Positions 18,506-28,203 of a stretch of 45,952 nucleotides of DNA are shown here, in pieces. The stretch comes from a bacterium. GTDB taxonomy: Bacteria; Zhuqueibacterota; Zhuqueibacteria; Zhuqueibacterales; Zhuqueibacteraceae. Both the position numbers and the translations under genes were made by a program. The stretch is taken from positions 1 to 45,952 of the forward strand of contig JBIOXB010000024.1 of assembly GCA_044869275.1 (NCBI GenBank). The letters run 5' to 3'. Numbering within the stretch: the stretch's first letter is position 1; each line of letters begins with the position of its first letter. The notes under the pieces are model-generated. The model was not told the DNA's origin, ran no database searches, and saw nothing but the letters and a program-made list of their open reading frames with translations.

Positions 18506-20200
18506 TCACTTTGCCTCTTCCGCGTTCATCAAAATCCAGCCTTGGGGATCGATTTCCACTTCCGCGTTTTGCGGGATGAGGTGACGCTGGCGTTTCCCCG
18601 TCACCGCGTAGCGTTTTGTCGCTGCTGTTGCTCCAGTTTTAAGGCCTACTTCAACCGGAAGCTGAAAACTCCGTTCACGCCAATGGAGTTCGAGCACGGT
18701 CTTTTCTCCTGCGGCGCGTACGATTTTGTATTCCAAGGTTGGCGCCGCAGCCGTGAACAAATATTGTTGAAAGAACCAGCTTAAATTGCGCCCGCTTTTG
18801 CGATTCACCAAATCGACAAAATCCTGCGATACGACGCGGTTGTGCAGCGTGTAGGCCGGATCCGTTGCAAAAGTTTTCAGAATATCCAGCAAGGCTTTTT
18901 CGCCGAGGAGATAGCGCAGTGTGTGCAGCATCACCGCTGCTTTCGCATAGATGTCACTATTGTAAGTTTCTGAAGTTGTAGCGTTGCGCTTGGGCACGAT
19001 CGGCTGTTGGTTGCGTATGCGCGGCCGCAGATTCCCTTCAACATAATTGTGATAAGCCTCCATGCCGAATTTGTCTTGCACGAACAATGCTTCGGCATAA
19101 CTGCAAATGCCTTCATGAATCCAAAAATCGGCCCAATCGCGCGCGGTGACAGAATTGCCCCACCATTCGTGCCCCATTTCATGCAGCATCAGCCCGTCGT
19201 AGCCTAGTGCGGTGTTGCGAAAGTGATTGCCATAAGCATTGATGGTCTGATGCTCCATGCCGAGATAATCCGTGTGCGCCAAGCCGAACTTTTCCTTGAT
19301 CCACGGATACTCGCCGAAATAACGGCTGTAAAAATGCAGAAACTCATCCGCCATTTCCACCAGCGCCGGCGCCCGCGCCGAATCCTGTCGCAAGACATAA
19401 AAGACAATGTCCATCTCGCCGGTGGTGCCGCGATAGCGGCGCTTGACGAGGGCATAGTCGCCGAGGTTGATCGAAACGTTGTAGTTGTTGACCGGATAGC
19501 GCGTCTTCCAGCGAAAGGTTTTCCAGCCTTTTTCTGGAACGGAAACGGATTCGAGCACGCCGTTCGCAGCGCAATACAGCGAATCGGGAACGGTTAAATT
19601 GAGCGTCACGCTGTCGGGCTCATCACTGGGATGATCCTTGCACGGCCACCAGATTTTTCCCCCTTCGCCCTGGCAGGAAACGCCGACCCAGGGTTTGCCG
19701 TTTTGATCTTTGCTCCAATTGAAACCGCCTTGCCACGGCGGCCGCGCCGCGACCAGCGGCTGGCCGGAATAGTGAATCCGAAAGGTGGCGGATTGATTCT
19801 GCGCGAGCCGGTCCGCCAGCGGCGCCTTGATTTTGTGCTCGTGGCGCGTGAACGATAAAGCCCGGCCGTTCCTTTCGATCTTGCTGACCTCGAAAGAACT
19901 CAGGAGATCGATCTCGAGCGTGTCCATTGCCGGCGCCACACACGCCAGACCGACCTCGACGTGGCCGGCAAGAGATCTTTGCGCGGGATCAATTTTCAAA
20001 TTCAAATCATAGTATTTGACGTCGTACTTCGCTTCGTTGGCGCTGAGCACGCCGCCGGAGGCAATAACGCCGAACTCGAATTGTGGCGCGAATGCGAAGG
20101 CGGGAAAACTGGGAGGAAGGAAAATCACAAAGAGGCATTGACGCAGTTTCTGGAATTTCTGCTTTGAGGTTCTACCAGCTCGCTCGGATTTGAAGATCAT
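18506..20200 (-). CDS. M1-family zinc aminopeptidase, probably exported; start uncertain
   Basis: YDVKYYDL, WWPCKD, GMEH, HEMGHEWWG-x-W..EG (HExxH-x18-E), IYAKA. Confidence 0.92.
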   Translation of the reverse strand: MIFKSERAGRTSKQKFQKLRQCLFVIFLPPSFPAFAFAPQFEFGVIASGGVLSANEAKYDVKYYDLNLKIDPAQRSLAGHVEVGLACVAPAMDTLEIDLLSSFEVSKIERNGRALSFTRHEHKIKAPLADRLAQNQSATFRIHYSGQPLVAARPPWQGGFNWSKDQNGKPWVGVSCQGEGGKIWWPCKDHPSDEPDSVTLNLTVPDSLYCAANGVLESVSVPEKGWKTFRWKTRYPVNNYNVSINLGDYALVKRRYRGTTGEMDIVFYVLRQDSARAPALVEMADEFLHFYSRYFGEYPWIKEKFGLAHTDYLGMEHQTINAYGNHFRNTALGYDGLMLHEMGHEWWGNSVTARDWADFWIHEGICSYAEALFVQDKFGMEAYHNYVEGNLRPRIRNQQPIVPKRNATTSETYNSDIYAKAAVMLHTLRYLLGEKALLDILKTFATDPAYTLHNRVVSQDFVDLVNRKSGRNLSWFFQQYLFTAAAPTLEYKIVRAAGEKTVLELHWRERSFQLPVEVGLKTGATAATKRYAVTGKRQRHLIPQNAEVEIDPQGWILMNAEEAK

Positions 20201-20520
20201 CAGTTCACTCCGTGCCTTGGGGTTCTTCAGCGTTAGCGCAGGTTGCGATAGAAGATACTACGAAGATTTTTATGAGTTGCGGCGCCAGGATCGTCTTCAC
20301 TTGTAAAAGATGCAAAGGATTCCTCTTTATTGCAAAAGAAAACCGCCCGTACACGACTTGATTTTTTCGACCGTACTACGCATTTTGGCGCAAGCCATAC
20401 GCTGTCCCGGGAATTCGAAGACACTCCGGGAGGCGTTGTTCTGCGCCAGAGGTGAGATAGGCGGCGCGAACTCAACCCCCGAAAATGACCAGGAAGCCGT
20501 TTGAGGAGAAAGTGTTACCT

Positions 20521-21090
20521 ATGTTTGATCATTTTGATTTGCCTCAGCCTACGTTGATTTTCGCGATCTCTGGCATTTTGTGTTTAACTCTGGGCCGCCG
20601 GTCGCTGTCATTGACGATCGCCTTGACTGGATTTTATCTCGGTGGCAGGCTTGCCAAAGTATATTGGGGTGTGGACTCGCATTTCTTCATTATCCTCTTC
20701 GCCGCCTTTGCCGGAGTCGCAGGTGTCGTTCTGTCCAAATTATCAAAGACCGCAGCTCTCAACATTGTGGCCTTTGCCATCGGTGGATTCGTTTTTTCCT
20801 CCTATCTTGTGCATTGGGGAATGGTGGCACCGCAATACGAGGGCGTCCTGTTTATCACCTTCGGACTGCTCAGTGCGATTTTTTCGATTGTCAAGTTTGA
20901 TCTCGGTTTGACCACGCTCTCCTCATTATTGGGGGCGGCGTTGCTGGCGCAAGCGAGCGGAACAGAAAGCATCACGCAGGCCGCGTTGTTTGCCGGTTTG
21001 GCTTTGGCCGGTATCTTGATTCAAACCGGGGTGTTGAGTCAAGGGTTCGATCGCTCCGACCTTCCACCGAAGAGCTCAAAAAAGTATTGA
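20521..21090 (+). CDS. Multi-pass membrane protein (DUF4203-like)
   Basis: About 7 Gly-rich hydrophobic segments; GAGGAG upstream. Confidence 0.7.
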   Translation: MFDHFDLPQPTLIFAISGILCLTLGRRSLSLTIALTGFYLGGRLAKVYWGVDSHFFIILFAAFAGVAGVVLSKLSKTAALNIVAFAIGGFVFSSYLVHWGMVAPQYEGVLFITFGLLSAIFSIVKFDLGLTTLSSLLGAALLAQASGTESITQAALFAGLALAGILIQTGVLSQGFDRSDLPPKSSKKY

Positions 21091-21130
21091 AACTGGCGTC
21101 TCAAATCGACGAATTCTCCAAGGATCCTTT

Positions 21131-22975
21131 ATGCCTGCCACGCCAACCTTCGTTCTCCCCCGACTCCTTTTTCTCTTTGTGATTATTCTTTCGCACGGCT
21201 GCAAAACAATAGAGCCACCGACCGCCAGCGTCCCCGCTTGGGCCCGAGATATGATCTGGTATCAAGTTTTCCCCGAGCGCTTTCGCAACGGCGACGCTTC
21301 GAATGATCCGCAGTTTCGCGACACCTTCGGCTCGTGGCCGCACGATACGGTTTCCTCGTGGCACCTCAGCCCGTGGGCGGCCGATTGGTACAACCGCCAG
21401 CCGTGGGAAGCGGCGAATGGCAAAAATTTCAATTACAATGCCGGCCGGCGCCGCTACGGTGGAGATCTGCAGGGCATTATTGACAAACTCGACTATCTGC
21501 AGGAATTAGGCGTAACCGCGCTCTATTTGAATCCGATTTTCGAGTCGCCGACTTTGCACAAGTATGATACGCAGCTTTACCATCACGTTGATAACAATTT
21601 CGGCCCGAATCCACAGCGTGACCGCGAGATTTGGGCAACGGAAAAATTCGACGATCCCGCCACTTGGAAATGGAGCACGGCAGACAGTTTATTTCTGAAA
21701 CTGATTCAAGCAGTGCACGGCCGCAGGATGCATATTATTATCGACGGTGTGTTCAATCACGTGGGCATCACGCATCCCGCCTTTCTCGACGTGCAAAGGA
21801 ACGGCCAAACTTCGCCCTATGCCGATTGGTTCATCATCAAAAGCTGGGACGATCCCGCCACGCCGCAGAATGAATTTGATTATCAAGGCTGGTATGGCGT
21901 AAAAGATTTGCCCGAGGTGCGGGAGGAAGGCGATGATCTGGCGCCTGATTTCAAGCCGCTGGTGCATGCCGTGGTGCGGCGGTGGATGGATCCAAACGGA
22001 GACGGTGATGCTTCCGACGGCATTGACGGCTGGCGCTTGGACGTTGCCGAAATGGTGCCAAAAGGTTTCTGGCGGCAATTTCGCCAATGGGTGCGCGCAG
22101 TCAATCCGCACGCCTATCTCACCGGCGAGGTGTGGTGGGAAGACTACCGCCAAAACAAAATGTTCAATGCCGCGCCCTGGCTGCAAGGTGATGTTTTCGA
22201 TGCGGTGATGAATTACCGCTTCGCCGACGGCGTGTTGAAGTTTTTTGTAGACACGCAAAATGCCTACAGTGCCGAACAATTCAATGGGCACCTCGCCCAA
22301 ATTCGCACGGATTATCCTGTGGAGGTTGGTCACGTCATGATGAATTTGATGAGCAGCCACGACACCGAACGCCTGAGCTCGATGGTGGTGAATCCGAATC
22401 GCATGATCGACCACGACAGCTCGCCGCAGCGCAATCCCAGGTTCGACGTGCGCAAACCAAATGCCGAGGAATTGCGCACGCAAAAGCTGATCGTGGCATT
22501 CCAAATGCTCTACCTCGGCGCGCCCATGATCTACTACGGCGAAGAGGCCGGCATGTGGGGCGCGGACGATCCCGACGATCGCAAACCGATGGTATGGCCG
22601 GACTTGGTTTATGAGACCGAACGAGGACATCCTGTCGGCACGCCGCGGCCGGCAGACTCGGTTTATTTTGATCAGGATTTGTTTGATCATTATAAAACGT
22701 TCGCCGCACTGCGCCGGCAAAACAGCGCGTTGCGCCACGGCGATTATCAGTACGCAAAACTGGGAGCAGGCGCGAATCTCTTTGCGTTTGTGCGGCAGGA
22801 GGGGAGGCAAAAGATTTTGTGCTTGTTCAACCGTTCTCTCGTGCCCGAAAACTTGACGTTACCAGAGGATTTTCGCCGGCATAAAATTCTGGCTGGCGAG
22901 AGAAATGTAAAATTCTCTGGCGAGGCACAATTGCGCTTAGACGGAAAATCGGTGGTGGTCTTGCAGTTAGAGTGA
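21131..22975 (+). CDS. GH13 alpha-amylase/neopullulanase-family glycoside hydrolase, probable lipoprotein
   Basis: YQVFPERF, GGDLQG, DGVFNH, GWRLDVA, GEVW, SHD; lipobox-like SHGC. Confidence 0.95.
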   Translation: MPATPTFVLPRLLFLFVIILSHGCKTIEPPTASVPAWARDMIWYQVFPERFRNGDASNDPQFRDTFGSWPHDTVSSWHLSPWAADWYNRQPWEAANGKNFNYNAGRRRYGGDLQGIIDKLDYLQELGVTALYLNPIFESPTLHKYDTQLYHHVDNNFGPNPQRDREIWATEKFDDPATWKWSTADSLFLKLIQAVHGRRMHIIIDGVFNHVGITHPAFLDVQRNGQTSPYADWFIIKSWDDPATPQNEFDYQGWYGVKDLPEVREEGDDLAPDFKPLVHAVVRRWMDPNGDGDASDGIDGWRLDVAEMVPKGFWRQFRQWVRAVNPHAYLTGEVWWEDYRQNKMFNAAPWLQGDVFDAVMNYRFADGVLKFFVDTQNAYSAEQFNGHLAQIRTDYPVEVGHVMMNLMSSHDTERLSSMVVNPNRMIDHDSSPQRNPRFDVRKPNAEELRTQKLIVAFQMLYLGAPMIYYGEEAGMWGADDPDDRKPMVWPDLVYETERGHPVGTPRPADSVYFDQDLFDHYKTFAALRRQNSALRHGDYQYAKLGAGANLFAFVRQEGRQKILCLFNRSLVPENLTLPEDFRRHKILAGERNVKFSGEAQLRLDGKSVVVLQLE

Positions 22976-23123
22976 AGGGTGCAATGATCACAAAAACCTC
23001 GATAATTTTGCCGAAAAACGCGGCCTCGCCCTTGCAATCCGCACGTTTTTTTAGTATTTTGTGTGCTAGTATATCGTCGAGCGCGAGCATCTTGTCTGAC
23101 AATTTCTTAACAAAACTTTGCAT

Positions 23124-24806
23124 ATGAAGAGGGGTTTTGACAATGCCCCCAGCGCCGCCTTGGCTGCCGGCTTGGGGGTGGTCACTTTTGTCTTTTATGC
23201 CAGCTTGACCCGTCAAATGAGCTGGTTCAAGTTGATCCTGTTCTGGATCGGCGCCGGTGCCATTGCGTTTTTTTTGCTGCATCACCTGCTCTCTCGCGTC
23301 AATACCTTTCGCGAAGGTAAAAGAGTAAACCGCTATAAGGCGGGCCATCGCGTGTTTTACTTTGCCCTCTTGCTGGCGGCCATGGCTGGCGCAGCGCATT
23401 TTACCCGGAAAACGCTGCAAGTTTGGCAGCAGCCCGCCGCTTACTGGGAATTTACGGAAGAAATTCCCGGCCTTCCCAATCAATATCAATCCCGCTGGGT
23501 GTTCGGCAACCAGTGTTATGAAAGACAAATTCGTCTGCAGGAGATTCAACTGATCGAGCTGGGCGGTGTAGCCTTGCATGAAAACGGTGGGGTCCTGGAG
23601 ATTGCCTGCCAGGTCAATTCCCAACCCCTGCTTGCCACACGAGATCAGGCAGCAAATGTCCAGCATTTTAGATTGCCAAAGGGTTTTTTCCTCCCGCCAC
23701 TGCACCTCACCGCGGTGCAGCTTGACGTCAAATTTCGCCATCGCTTCGCGATTTATGAGATGGCGGCAGTTTACCAAGTGGTGCCGGTTTCGAGCAAGCC
23801 TGAAAACAGAGCGCCCGAAAGGAAAATCGCGGCCACGGGGCAGTATCTCCTGGTGGAATCTCCTCATGCGGAACTGATAGATTTTTTTCAGCTCGCGCGG
23901 CTGGCGCAGCGGCCTTCGTCACATACGCGCGAAGCGTTGATTTACGCTTTGGGACGCAGCCGTCATCCGCAGGCATGGCAAGCTTTGCGGGAATTGTTGA
24001 AAGTGAATGACCCGCGCGTGCAAGGGGCGGTGTGCCAGGCCATGACTTATCTCGGCGATCCGCGCGCCACCGCGGCGCTGATCGAATTGGTGAAGCATAA
24101 CAAAAACCCGCAGGCGGTGCGCGCGCTGGCTACCATCGCAGCTCCAGAGGGCATTGAATTTCTCATCAAGCTCCTAAACGACGTGAAGGCCGAATCGTAT
24201 TTGCGTGTCGCTGCCGCCGGGATGATCGGCGAGACTAAAGTGCGCACGGCCGTACCGGCATTGCAGGCTTTGGTGAGGGATAAGAATGAAGGCGCTGATT
24301 TTGCTTTGAAACGCGAAGCGCTGTCGGCTTTGGCGCGCATCGACAAGAACATGGCGACGCGGGCGGCGATCGAGGCGGTGCATGGTTTTCCTGATCCGCG
24401 GCAGATTCGCATCAGTTTGGAGACCGTCTCCGAGCTCGAGCACGAGAAAATGCTGCCCCTGCTGGCGGAGTGGCTGGGCAACTGGCGGCGTTATGACTTG
24501 GACGCCGCCGACGTGCAAACCATATTGAGCTATGTCGTCGCCGGTGGCCATCGCGACATGGTGGAGGTGGTGATGGACGCGCTGCTGCACGAGCCCACGG
24601 CCGAGGTGCAATTCAAATTCGTGTCCGCCCTGACGGAATTAGCCGGCAATGACTTTGGGCAAATCGAGTTTCTGGAAATCAGCCACGCCGCGCAGGAGTC
24701 GAATCGCCGCGTACTCAACGCTTGGAATCGATGGTGGGGCAGGGCGCGCAACGAAGCGATCTACACGGAGCAAATCTCGCCGCTGTCGGGGGGGAACAAG
24801 ATTTAG
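23124..24806 (+). CDS. Membrane-anchored HEAT-repeat protein
   Basis: Three N-terminal TM segments; HEAT-like repeats (REALIYALG, RVQGAVCQAMTYLGDPRATAALIEL, RVAAAGMIG). Confidence 0.75.
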   Translation: MKRGFDNAPSAALAAGLGVVTFVFYASLTRQMSWFKLILFWIGAGAIAFFLLHHLLSRVNTFREGKRVNRYKAGHRVFYFALLLAAMAGAAHFTRKTLQVWQQPAAYWEFTEEIPGLPNQYQSRWVFGNQCYERQIRLQEIQLIELGGVALHENGGVLEIACQVNSQPLLATRDQAANVQHFRLPKGFFLPPLHLTAVQLDVKFRHRFAIYEMAAVYQVVPVSSKPENRAPERKIAATGQYLLVESPHAELIDFFQLARLAQRPSSHTREALIYALGRSRHPQAWQALRELLKVNDPRVQGAVCQAMTYLGDPRATAALIELVKHNKNPQAVRALATIAAPEGIEFLIKLLNDVKAESYLRVAAAGMIGETKVRTAVPALQALVRDKNEGADFALKREALSALARIDKNMATRAAIEAVHGFPDPRQIRISLETVSELEHEKMLPLLAEWLGNWRRYDLDAADVQTILSYVVAGGHRDMVEVVMDALLHEPTAEVQFKFVSALTELAGNDFGQIEFLEISHAAQESNRRVLNAWNRWWGRARNEAIYTEQISPLSGGNKI

Positions 24807-24851
24807 CCCATGATTTTTTACGCCAGCCTATTCTTTTTTTGAAGCTTGATC

Positions 24852-26714
24852 ATGCCGATGAATATTCCCTTATTCGAACACTTGCGTGCCAATCTCCTCG
24901 TTGCCGACGGCGCCATGGGCACGATGATTTACGGCCGCGGCATTCCGCTCTCCCAAAGCTTTGACCAGCTCAACCTCGAACAGCCGGATTTGATCCGTAA
25001 CATTCATCGCGCCTACGTGGAAGCCGGGTCACAGGCGATTGAAACCAACAGCTTCACCGCGAACCGGCATCGCCTGGCGCGTTTTGGCCTGGAAAAAAGC
25101 GTGCGCGCCATCAATCATGCGGCGGTGCAACTTGCCAAAGAAGCGGCGGAGGGAAAAGCGTATGTGCTGGCTTCAATTGGTCCGTTGCGCGATCGTGCGG
25201 GCGACGAAATGGAGGCGGCCTACTATCGCGAAGTATTTGCGGAACAGATTGCGGCGCTGGCGGAGAGCGAACCCGATGCCTTGATTTTCGAAACTTTCAC
25301 GTATGTTTCGGATTTGGAGATGGCGATCGAGCAAGCGCGCCGGCTCACGGCTTTGCCCATCATTGCACAGATGGTGACCGATGAAGAAGGCGTCACCCGC
25401 GACAGCCGCCACATCAGTTTCGTTTTCCGGCAATTGCGCGAACAGGGCGCGCACCTGGTGGGCATCAACTGTGCCAAGGGCCCGGCGGGGATTCTTTCCG
25501 CGCTGCGCGAAGTGCCTTTGGAAGAAGGTTTGCTGCTCTCCGCTTTTCCCAACGCTGGCTTGCCGGCATTCGTCGATGGCCGCTACATTTATCTGTCCAC
25601 GCCGGAATATTTTGCCGAGAGCGCGCTGAAGTTGCGCGACCAAGGCGTGCGCTTGATCGGTGGCTGCTGCGGCACCACGCCCGAGCACATTCGCGCCATG
25701 GCCGAGGCTTTGCGGGGTTTGCAGCCGGTGACCACGAAAACGGTGACGGTTCGCCCGGCGCCGGCAGCGCCGTCTTTGACGCCGGCAGCCACTCCGGATT
25801 TTTTGAAGAAAGTGAAAAAACAACCTACGATCATCGTGGAATTGGACCCGCCTCGGGATTTGACCATCGAGCCGATTCTGCATGGCGCGCGAGAGTTAAA
25901 ACGTGCAGGCATCGATGCGCTCACCATGGCCGATAGCTCACTCGGCATCACGCGCATGAGCAATATGGCCCTCGGCCATGTGGTCACGCAAAAGTCCGGG
26001 CTGCCGATGATCATCCATTTGGCTTGCCGCGACCGCAATTTGGTGGGGCTGCAATCGGAATTGATGGGCCTGCACGCGCTGGGCTTGCATACGGTTCTGG
26101 CGCTCACGGGCGACCCGGCCAAATTTGGCGACCAACCCGGCGCAACGTCGGTCTATGATCTCAATTCTTTCGGACTGATCGAAATGATCAAGCGCATGAA
26201 TCAGGGCATTTCATTTTCCGGGCGCGCGATGAAGCAGGGCACGAGCTTCGTGGTGGGCGCGGCGTTCAATCCGAATGTCGATCGCATCGAAACACAGGTG
26301 CGCCGCTTGCATCGCAAAGTTGAGGCGGGCGCGGATTTTGTGATGACGCAGCCGCTGTTCGATTGGCGCCAAGCCCGGGAAGTTTATGAGGCCACGCGTG
26401 AATTCGATCTTCCGATCTTCGTGGGAATTATGCCGCTGACCAGCGGCCGGAACGCGGATTTTCTTCACAACGAAGTGCCCGGCATTCAAATTCCGGAAAA
26501 AGTACGGCAACGCTTGTATCGCTTCGAAGGCGACCGCGCACGCCGCGAGGGGGTGACCATTGCCGCTGAAATTTTGGAGAGTGTGCTCGATTACTTCAAT
26601 GGCATTTACCTGATCACGCCGTTCGTGCGCTACGAGATGTGCGTGGAGCTCGTGGAAATTTGCCAGCGCGTGGCGAGGAGAAACTTGCGCAAGGCGGCAG
26701 AAGCCGCTCTATGA
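24852..26714 (+). CDS. yitJ: Bifunctional homocysteine S-methyltransferase / methylenetetrahydrofolate reductase
   Basis: DGAMGT, GINC, PNAGLP, GGCCGTTPEHI, then ELDPP, CRDRN, LTGDP, MTQP. Confidence 0.92.
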   Translation: MPMNIPLFEHLRANLLVADGAMGTMIYGRGIPLSQSFDQLNLEQPDLIRNIHRAYVEAGSQAIETNSFTANRHRLARFGLEKSVRAINHAAVQLAKEAAEGKAYVLASIGPLRDRAGDEMEAAYYREVFAEQIAALAESEPDALIFETFTYVSDLEMAIEQARRLTALPIIAQMVTDEEGVTRDSRHISFVFRQLREQGAHLVGINCAKGPAGILSALREVPLEEGLLLSAFPNAGLPAFVDGRYIYLSTPEYFAESALKLRDQGVRLIGGCCGTTPEHIRAMAEALRGLQPVTTKTVTVRPAPAAPSLTPAATPDFLKKVKKQPTIIVELDPPRDLTIEPILHGARELKRAGIDALTMADSSLGITRMSNMALGHVVTQKSGLPMIIHLACRDRNLVGLQSELMGLHALGLHTVLALTGDPAKFGDQPGATSVYDLNSFGLIEMIKRMNQGISFSGRAMKQGTSFVVGAAFNPNVDRIETQVRRLHRKVEAGADFVMTQPLFDWRQAREVYEATREFDLPIFVGIMPLTSGRNADFLHNEVPGIQIPEKVRQRLYRFEGDRARREGVTIAAEILESVLDYFNGIYLITPFVRYEMCVELVEICQRVARRNLRKAAEAAL

Positions 26715-26722
26715 CCACTTTT

Positions 26723-27976
26723 TCATCTCGCCTGTTCCTGCGTCAGCACGAAGTCCCCAAAGCCGAGGGGATCGACAAAGAGGAATTGGCGGTGCAGCTT
26801 GTGATAACGCCAAAGCTGGCGGCGCTGCAGGCGCGGCAGATCGCTATCCACTTCAATCGCGTCCGGCATGCCGAGTTGGATGAAGATCTTTCCGGGGTCC
26901 GTTTTCCAGCCCTCGCGGCTCCCGCCGAACTTTTCATTGGCATATTCCACGCGTTGATAAAACGCCGCCATCGCTTCATTTTTCGACGTCTCCGGTGAAT
27001 CATCGCGCTTGTTCCAGAAAGTGATCAGCGCCGCGCGCTGTGCCACCAAAGACGAATCGGCCACCAATTTCTCTATTGCTTTGCGCTCCGCGGCCTTCGC
27101 GATCAAACACGCTTGTGCCAGCGCTTGCTGCACGTGCATGCCGGTTTCAGGGACGCCATCCCAAGTCACATGAAATTTTTGTTTCGCGGCCTTTTTGGTT
27201 TTACCGTGTTGCACTTGCAACTCGAGCTCGTAGGCCCCGTACGCTAAATGGTCCGTCCAGATCGGCAGCACCACGCGCTCCAGTGGCGTCTGGCGCGGCC
27301 AGGGCCGTTGTTGATCCACCATGACTTTATTCTGCCGGTTGCGGATGATTTGCCGCACCTGCAGAGGCGTGCCATTCGCAGGCGCGTCGATTTCCAGATA
27401 GAAATACAAATCCTGGCCCGGCGCCGCGGCGTTTTGAAAGAACGCCGGCGCAATGACGGGTTTGCCCGTGCTGTCGGTTTCGATTTGATTCGTGATGATA
27501 ATGTCGCTCAGGGCGAGCGTTGGGTCCTGGGCCGAAAAATCCTGCAAAACCTTTTCACCTGAAAAGCTTTCTTGCCGGCCACTCGCGGCATCGGTCACGG
27601 TGACCGTTGCCGTGTATTTCCCAGGCGATAAATCGAATTCAAAAGCATCGAAATAAAGCCTCTGGCGTGAGTTCGTCTCGCCGTAATCATTGGCGTGCAA
27701 TTGTTTTTGTATCTCGCGTTCTGCCACCCCAAAACCGTCCCGGTCGATAATCGCAATACTGACGCCGAATCGAGCCTCATATGTATCACCGGATTTGACA
27801 AAACTCAGAGCATCAACCGGCAAGCCCAGCAGAAGGATCAAACGGCTTTTATCCGCCTCCTGCGCCGAAACATTGATCAATTCGCATTGAAAGAAAGCGT
27901 GGGAATTGCCGGGGTTGGTGCGGGGTGCTGCTGCGAGAGAAGCGCACAAGAAAAACAATGCAATAAGAGCTTTCAT
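26723..27976 (-). CDS. GWxTD-domain exported protein
   Basis: Signal peptide; FWNKRDDSPET..NE....FYQRVEYANEKF....GWKTDPGKIFIQLGMPD. Start re-called at 27976 (GGAG upstream). Confidence 0.88.
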   Translation of the reverse strand: MKALIALFFLCASLAAAPRTNPGNSHAFFQCELINVSAQEADKSRLILLLGLPVDALSFVKSGDTYEARFGVSIAIIDRDGFGVAEREIQKQLHANDYGETNSRQRLYFDAFEFDLSPGKYTATVTVTDAASGRQESFSGEKVLQDFSAQDPTLALSDIIITNQIETDSTGKPVIAPAFFQNAAAPGQDLYFYLEIDAPANGTPLQVRQIIRNRQNKVMVDQQRPWPRQTPLERVVLPIWTDHLAYGAYELELQVQHGKTKKAAKQKFHVTWDGVPETGMHVQQALAQACLIAKAAERKAIEKLVADSSLVAQRAALITFWNKRDDSPETSKNEAMAAFYQRVEYANEKFGGSREGWKTDPGKIFIQLGMPDAIEVDSDLPRLQRRQLWRYHKLHRQFLFVDPLGFGDFVLTQEQAR

Positions 27977-28203
27977 GTTCCGACTCCTTCGGAAAATCAT
28001 CCTAAAAGCGCCCAGGCGGGCCAAAATCCTTTTAATAGTAATACGGTCATCATGGCTCATCTGCCGAAGGCCGGTGCTGGTCATTTTCGCCTTGCGAATC
28101 CTCTTGCGATTCCATAGTTTCCTGACAAGTTGAGATTTACCCGGCCTTTGCTTGAATATCGCTGCCGCCTTTTGCAGAATCTTAATATTGATTGGACGAG
28201 CGA

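Noticed and set aside
24807..24851. SAM riboswitch before yitJ
   Set aside because: The gap is too short and has no S-box core.
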